Assembly: GCA_004764695.1 (NCBI GenBank) | Contig: SMSO01000032.1 | Location: 62,001 to 126,000 of the forward strand | Reading direction: 5' to 3' | Length of the DNA: 64,000 nucleotides | Source: Schizochytrium sp. TIO01 | Lineage: Eukaryota; Protista; Bigyra: Labyrinthulomycetes | Shown here: in pieces, positions 52,891 to 64,000 of the stretch | Layout of the letters: each line of letters begins with the position of its first letter | How positions within the stretch are numbered: the first letter of the stretch is position 1 | Notes under the pieces: model-generated | Database searches by the model: none | What the model was told of the DNA's origin: nothing | Seen by the model: only the letters and a program-made list of their open reading frames with translations | Position numbers and translations under genes: made by a program

Positions 52891-53045
52891 TTTGTTTGTT
52901 TGTTTGTTTGTTTGTTTGTTTGTTTGTTTGTTTGTTTGTTTGTTTGTTTGTTTGTTTGTTTGTTTGTTTGTTTGTTTGTTTGTTTGTTTGTTTGTTTGTT
53001 TGTTTGTTTGTTTGTTTGTTTGTTTGTTTGTTTGTTTGTTTGTTT
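52891..53045. repeat. (TTTG)n microsatellite
   Basis: About 38 perfect units; it produces the spurious FVCL-repeat ORFs. Confidence 0.97.
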
Positions 53046-54973
53046 AATTAAACAAGGGGGGAGGTGATTAAACTAACTAACTAACTAACTACCCGAAGAT
53101 TAAGCGACTGGAGGAGCGACGAACTGATGGATTGTCTGCGCGTATATTCTGCTCTGCTGTTTGAGTGAGGTCATTAACTTAACTCAGGTTCAATGATAAG
53201 AACAAGCTGTTTCGTGGCTTCATGAAGGAATAAGTTCTACAAGAGTGTTGTTGTTGTTGCATGATGATTTTTGCTTGAAACTTGTTTCTTTTAATGGAAA
53301 GGTAGAAAGGTAAGAAACACGGGATAAGTTACCTCAACAGCACTTGCTTTCTACCAGCCTCAATCAATCTCATCCCCGACCTTGGAACCAGAGCATCTCC
53401 GAGGCAGCAGCTTATGGGGCAGAGCAGTTGAGGGAGGGAGCCGAGCTTCAACTTCCTCGCATGCATGCATCCAGGCTCAGAAACAAGCCAACCCCAATCG
53501 CAATCGCAATCGCAATCACAAGCACAATTATAAGCACAGCGAATGGTACTGTCTTCTCTGGCAATTGCTATGGCTATTACTACGGCTATTACTATTGCAT
53601 TCCGTGAGCCGCTCACGAGGAATTCATTCATTCACCTGCACATGAACCATGAATTCCTGGAAACTCGGGGCGGAGTGTTGCACAGATCATGGAAATGTCG
53701 CGGGGCCATGGAGCTATGAGCCCAAGACCGTGATTGCATATGTAGATGCAGAGAACCGCGCATGAATCGCCTGCCACACCACGTAGGTAGGTACCTAAGG
53801 TACGTGCGCTCTCCGAGATCACCATCTTCGTCATTGGCAAAGATTCGCGAGGCGTTTCAAATGCCCCATTTGCTCAGGCAGAGGTTTCCTCCCTGTTATC
53901 ATCCATTATAATAAAAGAAGAAGTCTTCAGATCTCTCTCACGCTGCTCCAAAAGAGTGCTCTGATGATTCTCTGTTGTCTGATTCTCTCTTCGTCTGTCT
54001 TTACGTTTGGTTTTCACTTAGTTTTCCTCTCTTCGATCCTGCGCAATTCAGTTCGCGATCGATCGAATATGCAGTATAGCTCCAGGTCGTTGTCAGCTCA
54101 GCACTCAAGTCCACCTGTAAAGACTCGTCAAGCGAGGCGACCTCTGTCTCCAAACCAAGCTGAGCTAGAAAACCCGGAAACAGCCGAGCGTCAGGCCATC
54201 AAGTCTGCCTATTGACGGCCTCGGTGAGGTTGAGACACACCTCAATTTGCAGACGGACCGTGATTTATGTGCAAGTAAGAGCAGACGCTCTTTCTTTATG
54301 CCCCTCGAAAGCCTTTCATTTCATTTAGCGACGGTCTTCAATTGTGGAGAAAGAATAAACAGTCAAACAGACAAACAATTTAAAGAAACAAACAAACCAA
54401 AGAAAGTAAGAAAGTAAGAAACAAACAAACAAAGAAGAAGAGGGAAATTTAGAAGAGGTTCTGAAGCTCGGCGAAAGCTCGTGCATTCGCGAGTCGATGA
54501 CCAGGCCGCGCGGCTGCGGCTGCCTCTGCCTCCGCTTCGGCCCTCGCAGAGCGGCAGGAGAAGGCGGCTCGTGGCTACCAGCAAGCTATGCACACGCCGC
54601 AGAGATAGATGGATGGACAGATCGACAGCTGTGTTTATAACTCGCTGCGCACACTATGCATGCATGACGTTGTTGCTCGCGCCACCTCGTTTCATTAATA
54701 GTGCTGTTTGTTTGCTTTCTGTGAAAATGTAATGTAATGTTTCTAACTATTTATGCTAAAGACAGAGGGATCCTCAGCGACTCTCGTGGAGGAATGAAGT
54801 GCTCAATTGACTGCGAAGTGAAATGAAGGAATGAACGCTACTGAAGCAGAGTTGAAAGGAGAAAGGACACGTTTCCCAATGTTCTGACGTCTGCAAAGTC
54901 AGCGGCGGCTTCAAAGACATCAGAAATCTTGGTGTTCGCATCGACATTGCCTTTGTTGTTTCTCCCAACATCA

Positions 54974-55009
54974 ATTCATTCATTCATTCATTCATTCATT
55001 CATTCATTC
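54974..55009. repeat. (ATTC)n microsatellite
   Basis: About 9 units. Confidence 0.9.
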
Positions 55010-58000
55010 GTGTAGTGACATATTAATTTTTTGTTTATTCATAAAAGCTAACAATTGCAAATAGAAATGAAAAAACACAAAGAAAAATTAGAAATAAAAG
55101 CACAGTGAATGGAAAAGTGATGCGCATTTCTTTATTCCGTCTCGTCAGTCAAACCTGCTGAATGGATGGAATGGAGTGGGACCGACCACTTCCCAAACAA
55201 TTAATCAATTAAACAAACAAACAAACCCACCTTCACACGGCACCATCGCACATTCGCACGCAACATAGTGCACTAGCTAGATGCGTAGATAGATTCGGCC
55301 TTTGGCGCTTGCATCTTGGGCACACTTGAATCATTCTCAGACAGACAAGACGAATGTAAAACCATTTTATCTATTCAAACGACGATCCTGTGGAACTATT
55401 AGCCAGCTACGTAAGAATCTCAGGCAATCAGTCCTCAATCATTCAACCCCACTAAAACCTACTTTACACCTAGAGCACACCTTCTTAACGGGAAACTGTG
55501 CGAATATACGAGACAGTCGACGTCTGTCAGGGGGCAGAGAAGGACTAAAAGGACGGATGGTTGGCCAATCACTTGGATTGACGTCTTTTCAATCCTTTCA
55601 CTTTAATTTTAAAAGAATATAGACAATTGTTTTTATCTCAAAAATAGTATTATTTATTTTTATATTTATTTTAAATAAATATATATATTAAAATAATAGA
55701 ATTAACACTAATTATGATAAGAAATAAATAAACGAAACGAACCATCAACTGCCAATAGTGCTTGAGGAATTGTTTGTTCATACAACTAAAAACGATCACC
55801 AAACTTTCAAGAAAATGCAAAAGGTTCGTGAGTTCTCTCTCGAAATTCGCAATCGAGGCCACGTTCCTCAACCCCCAACGCACTCCTACAGTACACGCTG
55901 CGCGAAGCCTCGACAAAACGAGCAATCAATCAAGCAAGCAAGCAAGTAAGCAAGCAATCAAGACTACCTTGGATCCTTCTCCTTCTAGCCCTGCGGATGC
56001 CCAAGATTCCCAAGAATCATGACCTTCTCCAGAAAATCCAACTGACTGACCCTCAATCCAGGACAAGCAAGCTCTCCTTTGGACCCGCGATGTGTTGTTT
56101 CTTCGTCTGCATGTTTGTATATTTGTTTGTATATTTGTTTGCCTGAACGATCTTTCGGCGTTGCTCCTCTTCTCTCCCCTGTGTGGAATCTATCCGCATC
56201 ATCTCCAATAACAGCGAGCGCGTATAATCAATCCATCATCCATGTCGCAGCACGTGGTGGCATAAACGAGAATGTAATTTCGGGCTCCTTCATCAACGTC
56301 GCTCACGACGTACGCCCGCACCTGCTCATGCTCTTGCTGGAGATGGGTACGCACGAAGAACTGGCTTGGCGCCTTGGAATCTTGCCTTGCTCGTAGGCTC
56401 CGCCTTATCTGTTGTGTCTGACTGCCTCCGGGAAATGGAGACTTGCGCTTCAAGAAGCGCCGCTAAGTTCGACGCCGGTATCCAACAACTCTAGCTTCAG
56501 CTTGAGGTCTTTTCAATCAGCCCTGTCGATAAACTCGTATCTTGGCTCTAGTCCGTCACCTCGCATGCCTAATACGCACCAACCTCGTCGTGCAGTGTGT
56601 GCGAGGCCTCGACTTGGATCGATTGTACTTTATCCTCGAAGTTCGAAGCAAACTCGAGATTCATCGACCTCGATCTTCATTTCATACTCCAATCGCGACC
56701 CTTAAAACGCGACCCTTACAGCGCGACCCTTAAAGCTCCAACTCCCAGCGAGACTGCCGCAACGCATTTTGTCAACAGGACAAGTACTATGATGGGAATA
56801 TGAAGAAAGAAGGGCCTGAGCATTGCTTTTCTCTTATAATTAATAATTTTAAAAGTTGGCATGGGTAATAGCAGGCCGTTCATTGTGGACCGCCCGAGCT
56901 GGCTCAATCCCACGTTCACGAGCAGAACGCATTACAGCGAGCAGCCGGCCTGATAACAGATGACAACTTGGAGTAAGTAAGTTGTTACTTACTTTGCAAA
57001 GAATGAACGCATCAATCAAATCAATCGATCAACCATTGAATGAAAACAAGCAATTCGTTCGATTGTTCCAATGCTGCGATGGTGAGCTTTGATGATCAGT
57101 GAGGTGCCTTTGGATGGCATATACTGCGCACTGCTTTATCTGGTAAAGGCGGTGGCAGATAATAATAAGTCCGTCTTACAAGTAGGTAAATATATCCATT
57201 CACCCATGCATATCTTTTATGGGATTCTGTCGAATTTCAAGATGATTTGATCCAATCCACCCAAACTGACAATCAAAGGCTGTGATACGAGGCCATTGTC
57301 CCATTTTCTCTGCGTGGATATGGTGACATATTCTCAAGCTTCAGTTGCCCGTGTCCCTCGGAGAGCGAGCTGTGCCGCTTTCTCAGGCGTTTTCAAGGTC
57401 CTAGAAACGGCTGCGGATTTTCAACTTGAAAGCTGCAAAGAGCGCTTGCTGTTCGTACTACAACGGCTCATAGCCACCGTCTAGGGACCTTCTAAGTCAT
57501 ATCGGGGTTCCTCAGTCACGGACCCTCCACGAGGTTCGATCCCTCTTCTTCCAGCAGAGATTAAAAAAAGGCCGTCCAAAACCAAGAAAACCCAACGTTT
57601 GCAATAATACAAATGAATAAAAATAAGAATTACAAAGAAAGTAAAAAGAAATAACCAGCGTGAGCGTGTGTCTCCAAAACACGCGGCGAAACTGATCAGT
57701 TAATCTCAGTGCTTCGAAGAACTTGATAACTGAAGTTCTTCTACAGACTTTCAAGAAGCAAAGCCATCTTTGTTGTGAGCTTTGTCAGATTGAATAAAGT
57801 CAACCTTGGAAGAGCTTGTCTGAGATGTTTCACGTGAAAGAAACTACTTTCTTCAACCGCGAATCTTTATCCCTCAGGAGTGTGTTAAAACATTTTTTAT
57901 TTTTTTTAAAATATGTCTAGTGCCCTACTATATTGTCAAAATTTATAAACTGTTCTTTTTATTAACTTTACAAAAATAAAAAATTAAACCTTGTATTTGT

Positions 58001-59321
58001 CTCTGCGGAATTATTATAAAGGCACTTGAGGTGAAGGATGCTGCTATGAGAAAGCAGAAGCTCCGGCTCTTCAAAGCTGAGTAGACAAACCAACAAACAA
58101 ACAAACATACAAACAAACACATTGGTGTGAATTCCTCGTATATTATACTGCTACACCACCATGGATGAACTTCTTTCGCCCCTCAGTCACGAGTCCGAAG
58201 AGGTGACCAGCTCGTCGCTTCATTCTTTGGCAGCTTATTTTAAAATTAAAAATTATAATACGGTAATATCAAATCTCAAGCCGGTAATAACTATTATCAT
58301 CCTCGCTCTAGATCTTTTTCTTTAAAATAAAAAAATAAAAAAATAAAAAATGTATTGATTACTTTTTCGACTAATGTTTTTTTTTTAAATATATTTTATT
58401 TCTACTCTTTTTAGAATTAAACTTAAACATTTAATAATAATAATAAACTAACAGTATAGATAGTAATTGTAATAAATAAAGATGATTAAGATGCGAAGAG
58501 AGGGATGATGATATATTGCAGTCATGCCTGAATAAACAAACGTAGGTACTACGAGCCGCGAATGGTCGACCGGATACTCTTACGATATTTCTTTGCAGCA
58601 ATAGGTACGTACTTATTCACGATTTCTGATAAGTTGTCTGTCAGTGTGGCTGTCAAAAGGCAACTCGAAGATACGCACTCTCGCTTTGCTTTGGGTAATG
58701 AGGGAGTCACTCATTCACTCACTCAGACAAAGGTCTTTTGCGATCCCATCGCAAAGAAAGAAATATATATCAGCGGAGGATTGGCTCCTGAAGAGGGGCA
58801 AAGACGCCTGCTGCTGACGCGTTACGGGCTGTGGGGCGCTGAAAGCTAGCATATGCTGCTGCGGTGACGCACGGCTTCCACGAAGATATCCCCACACTGC
58901 GCTCGATAAAGTACTTAACCCCACGACCACTAGTAATTTCTCAATTGGACATATCTTGAATGTCTAGTGCATTTCAACATAGAAGCATTCATCTGTGGTA
59001 ATTTTAGGTGATTTTAAGGCGATATTATATGGCAGTGAAGAAAATAGAAATGAGCGATGCTCATGTATTATCTATAGGGATGAATGGAAGCGAGGCTTGG
59101 CTGTGGTATAGACCAACCTTTCCGTTGCAGGGCTGCGGGGGCGCACTTTTCGCGCATGAGCATGAGGGATTACAGCATTTTTATAAATCATTGGAGAACT
59201 TTAACTAATAATTTATTAATTTATGTTTATATAAATGTTTACTTTATTTTTATACTATTTTAACTGGCTATAAGAACATTGCACTTTCCTTTTAACTTTG
59301 TCCGTGAAAGTGCAGCGACGA

Positions 59322-59323
59322 AA

Positions 59324-59361
<38 letters not shown>
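59322..59361. repeat. (AAAG)n microsatellite
   Basis: About 9 units. Confidence 0.9.
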
Positions 59362-59363
<2 letters not shown>

Positions 59364-62300
59364 GCTAAACGTGAGAACGGGGAGCACCGATCTCGCAAGA
59401 TCCGCGAATCTGCACGGGTACGTGGGTAGCTTTGTAGGTAGGTAGCTCCCTAGGTACCCTTACAATTCGTCTCTTCTTCCTAATGGAGTTGCCGTCTGAT
59501 CCAGATTTCTTCGGGCTTGTGCTATCCATCTATACGTACCTACTTTTAAACAAATCAGATCTCAATGACTATCACATCACAAGTTATCTTAAAGTCTTCG
59601 ATCTTCTCCGTTAGGAAAGCATCAAGTCCATCAATTGCGGTTTCCAAAGCCAACGTCGCTTGAAGAGGCTCCTGTCTGCTGGCTTTCTTGCGTGCTCTTG
59701 CCTTCTTTCGTCGTTCTCCCAGGTGTTCAAGTCTTCACGTCTTAATAATCCCTGCTCTCTCTCGAGTCATTGGTCATTGGCGGCAACAACAGTAAAAATA
59801 ACAACAGAAGTAGTCGATTTAGGTGCACACTGCGTTTATCCATTTACCGATTGTTTGACTTCTTCTTCTTCTTCTTCTGTATTGCTCGATTGTTAACTAA
59901 CTCATCGAAGCTGTTTTTTCGAAGCAAATGCAGCGCCACTTTGTTTTTAGCAAATTGGCCCTTTGCAAGTTCGTGGAGAGCACGTTTCGTTGGCCCATGG
60001 GCTGGAATATCGAGCACTGAGAAGGGAAAAGACCTCGAAGAAGTTTCTTTGGAGGAGAAAATGCGTTGATTGGGTTTGGTCGAGTGAGCGCGGCGACTTG
60101 AAGGAAACAAACATACATGGGATGAGATGAGTGTGAGGTCTGATTGTGATGAAGGAGAGGGAAAGGCGTAAGATGCAGATTTCGGCCTCGTTTTGGATGG
60201 TGGTGATATGCCATGATTGATGAAAGAAACTGGTCCTGATTCTGTACGATCGTTGGAGACTCAACGTTTGCCGCACCTTCTGCTCTCGTGCCGTTTCTGA
60301 TTGAGGGGAGGCGTGAATGGCGGTGATCGCAGACGCTCTGCAGATGTTTCGAGATTAGAAGTCTGCCGTCCGAGGCACGTTAGCGCGCAATCAACACAGA
60401 TCAATGAACGAATGAATGAATCAATCAATCAATGAAGCAATGAATCAAGGAAGGGATTTCAAGATCAAAGAGCGAAACAACGGCAAAGCGAAAGAAGCGG
60501 GTTGGAAACCGATGGTCTGAGAAGGATCGACGCCGAAGCTGAAGGCAACGAGAAGAGGCGCAAAGCCTGTCGGTCCAAGATCTCTTTGCACAACGAGATC
60601 CTTGTACTGCTTCTACCTACGTGCTTTTTTAAAAGGACTACGGAGATGACGATGAATCGATCGAATGGATTCGTGAGAGAAATGGCAAAAAGCTGAGATT
60701 CCGTGAGGTCATTTTGCTGATAAAGCGCACACTCTCTCGGGCGTTACCTACAGACGCGAGACCCGGGAAATCCAGGCTGCGATAGTTCCTTCGAAGATTC
60801 TTCATCCATGGGACAATGCCGAGGGCTCAAGGTTCAATAATAAGATGACACTGATGAATACTTTGTTTATCCATCCATTCATCCATTCGTCCATTCATCG
60901 ATAGAACAGCGATGGGAAAGCAGCAAAGAAGAACAAATTGTTCGAGTTAGATTAGGCTTTCCCTCAGTTTGGAAGGCAATAGATCAATCAATCTTGTTTT
61001 CATGATTTTCTATTCGATTCTCTTCTATTCTATTTAAAAATTAAGTTTTTTAGTTTTCAGAAATTAACAAAATGCATATAGTCACTAAATAGACATTATT
61101 AAATTGGCTTTATGCATGTAAAATTGCAATTATTTTTCCTGGATTTGTTTTTCAACTTTATATAGATAGAATGACAGGTTTTCAACACACACTTTTGAAT
61201 TCTCAAGAGCTTACTTGCGGTACCCTTTATGCCTTGATTACGCGCCAGTCAAGCACGAGAACCACGAAAGAAGCCGTGATAAACTTGACTCACAACGTGC
61301 ATCGGACGAAATTGCAAACGCTGATGTTGTTTGCCCCCTCAAACTCTTCAAGCTGGTCGTCATGCTGTTGGCTCCTTCTAAGCTTTTTATCTTATTTTAA
61401 AAACATTACACATATAACGATATATGTTTTTTTCAATATGAGTGTGTTTATTTATGTTTCAACGATAAATAAATTAACTAAAATAGAACAATTGTTTCCT
61501 GTTTCCTGAGACAAGCGGATGTCCTTTATTATCTGGGGCCTACTGTAGGAAGGTAGGCACTTCCTATGTAGTCTCTGTAAGCGATTTAAAGAAAGAAGAC
61601 CGGAGCAAGAATCCTTTCCAAGAAATAAAAAGCTGCGGCGGGAAATTGAATCTGATGCCATCGTCTCGTAAGCGCTGAGAATTCCGAGTGATCGTCAGTC
61701 TTCGTAACCGTCACCCAATACCATCCAGAGATTGGAGATAACGAGCAACAGACTTTCCGTCGCTTCGACGTCCATTCACTCATCCTCACCCTCATCCACA
61801 TCGCGGGCTGTGCGGAGAGACGTCTGGTTGCTGGCAAGACAAGCAGGGATGCGCAGAACGCAACAACGCGGGCGCAGCGGTGAATGAGCCGGAGCTCAGG
61901 GATTGTTGTTTTTGCATGGCTGTCATGAAGCATAGGCATCGGTGAGGCCAACAACCGCATTGGCGCTCAGCTAGTGGGAATGCTATTACTTCGCAATTGT
62001 CGAGCTGGTTGAGAATCAATTTCCTTTCGGTCCTCTCAAAATCAACTTTAACGCGGGCAGGCATTCATTCATTTATTCAATGAGGACAAAGCGAGCTAGG
62101 AATTGCAATTGTTGATGATCATCACAGATATCAGATGTCTAAGATGCAGGAGAGAAACCCGAGCTTCAGAGTAGTAGTCAAGTGAGTCCATAGGATTGCA
62201 GGAAAGGCAGACTGCAATCGACAGATACCATTCGTCAAGGTCGCCCCCCAAAAGATTAGTCTTTCATGGTGCAACGCACGAGAAAGCTCATGCTGGGCAT

Positions 62301-63775
62301 GAACAGGAGTCACAGATCAAGCTGTTTTTGCAAACCAAGGAATAGTGATACCGACCCATTGTACGAGAAAAACGGTTCAGGTGTTGTTTAGGTCTGATGG
62401 GCTGCCCAAGCCACAGTGAGCCCCATAATGACAAGACGTAAAGAGCTGAATATGGCAGTAAAGATGAAGTTCATGAACGCAGCAAAGCGCTCATCAGCAT
62501 CAGGTTAAACGCAGGGCACTGTCGGCAATCTCTAACGCTTTGGTGACCTCTAGACAGGGCCATAATCGATGTTGTGAATATACCGCGACGAATTTATGAA
62601 TAGATTCTATGTAGGCGTTCTAACAGACCTTTCAACCTGAAGCTACCCTGCGACTAATCCACGAAACTATAGTCTTCGCAAGTTATGTCAAGAAAGAGTC
62701 AAACAATAAGTCAGAGTCCTCAGCGTCGTAGCCTCGGGCTGCTGTAATGACAGGGCAAGGTTCACGAAAAAGAGTGAACCATAGCCCAACCTCGTAGTTA
62801 TCCTGGGCCGTTGAAGCGTTTTGTTGGATTGCAAGCTTTGACATCTCGATGAAATGAGTTATCTTTTCTTTCGGACTCATTTCCCCAATAGATTTACAGT
62901 GCTTTACGCTCAGCAAGATACTCGAACTTATGCAAAGCAAGGTGATGTCACAGGATATTATGATGTGATGACTTCCTTCTTCATGGCAGAGTTTTGCATA
63001 TCTGCAACCTCTATCACTGGAGCGGACATGTGTTATGAGGGCTCTGTACTTTAAACTTATGATGCCGCGGAACTACTCCTTGTATCCATCATTTATGAAT
63101 GGCTGCCTTCATTCTCAAACTAGCTTGGCTTTGGAGTCATTTCGATCTCACCTCGAACACTAATATAATCACTACACATAGTAATATTACCTAGGTACTA
63201 ATAGCTCCACACTAGAATAGCGCTTACGAAGTATTTGTTGATGACAACTTATATTAGAGCAGGCCGGACTTTGGTGGTGCCATTCTTTCCCACAGGACCC
63301 GGTGTGTCCGTAAAAGTCAACACCGTAACAGTATGTAAGTAGCTAGGTAAGTACTATAAGTACTTCGAAAGGCAGACCAAGTTCGATGTGCTGAAATCGT
63401 AAGCCGAATGGTGAAGATTGTTTGTTCTTTGCTGCAAATGGCTACCTACCTCGTTAGGTAACGCTGCAGTTTGGCTGTATCTCCTTCAAGTCTCGGATGA
63501 GTGAATGAATGAATGAATGCCGTCATGATGGTATTGACTGAAGGTAGGTACTATCATTTCCTTTCACCTTTGCTGCCCCTGGAAGGTGTAGTAACTAAGT
63601 CCAAGAAAATAATACCTATCATCGTTACCTTTTCTTCAATGGCTGATCAAAGCCAGCAAACCCAAATCGAGCGGCATCTCATCGTATTGTTGTTTACATA
63701 CGTACCCCTAGATTTCTATATTCCTTCACGAAGCTTGAGTTGAGATCAAATACAAGAGTGGAAAGAGTGTGCACC

Positions 63776-64000
63776 ATGGCGCTTGATCCTCAGCAAAAGG
63801 GCTGTTGTCCTCCGGGATCTCTGGGAGCTGCTCTGGCTGCGGATCCGAAGAGCCTCCGCGGAGAGAATGTTGAACTACATAGCCCATCGCAAGGTAAAGT
63901 TGTAGCCTATGTAAGCAAGCCACCTGCGGATGCTCCCAGCAAGCCTGGCCAATGCTTGCTGGTTTTACATGACGTATTCGGTGTGGACTCTGGTCGTACA
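63776..64000 (+). CDS. Dienelactone hydrolase family (alpha/beta hydrolase), 5' part; runs off the window
   Basis: Not in the ORF track. Manual translation: MALDPQQKGCCPPGSLGAALAADPKSLRGENVELHSPSQGKVVAYVSKPPADAPSKPGQCLLVLHDVFGVDSGRT. The N-terminal CC, AYV and hhhhHDVFG pattern is typical of eukaryotic DLH/AIM2/CMBL proteins. Confidence 0.8.
   Translation, partial: MALDPQQKGCCPPGSLGAALAADPKSLRGENVELHSPSQGKVVAYVSKPPADAPSKPGQCLLVLHDVFGVDSGRT

Noticed and set aside
52808-53051. ORFs with FVCL repeats; likewise the HSFI-repeat ORFs at ~39636-40028
   Set aside because: Translations of (TTTG)n and (ATTC)n microsatellites.
56190-56400. Ankyrin-like NQSIIHVAARGG..LLLEMG in a 105-aa ORF
   Set aside because: Single partial match with wrong spacing and a non-ATG start; the opposite strand is equally open.
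57455-57555. tRNA-like T-arm (GAGG-TTCGATC-CCTC at ~57531-57545)
   Set aside because: No matching acceptor stem, D-arm or anticodon arm could be folded; tRNAscan-SE would settle it.

Overview
Eukaryotic genomic DNA with long, essentially intron-free genes separated by AT-rich, microsatellite-laden spacers. Gene content (axonemal dynein assembly factor, MCM9, DBR1, Tweety, bZIP) and architecture suggest a flagellated protist, probably a thraustochytrid-like stramenopile (inference). There are 12 complete CDSs and one 3'-truncated CDS. In order: a 2231-aa secreted-domain + PqiA/LetA membrane protein, a bZIP factor with two SnoaL/NTF2-like domains, DNAAF6/PIH1D3, a pseudokinase with a chagasin-like insertion, a PH-J-PH co-chaperone, ECH1, TRM2/TRMT2, a Tweety homolog, MCM9, a DUF389 protein, DBR1, a putatively myristoylated inorganic pyrophosphatase and, after a ~14-kb ORF-poor desert, a dienelactone-hydrolase-family gene. 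The best candidates for an undescribed system are: (1) a one-polypeptide eukaryotic lipid conduit, with about five tandem BPI/TULIP-like modules fused to a double PqiA/LetA transporter; (2) a probable ligand-sensing bZIP-SnoaL-SnoaL transcription factor; (3) the pseudokinase-chagasin fusion. All domain calls are by eye from motifs and need HMM or structure confirmation.
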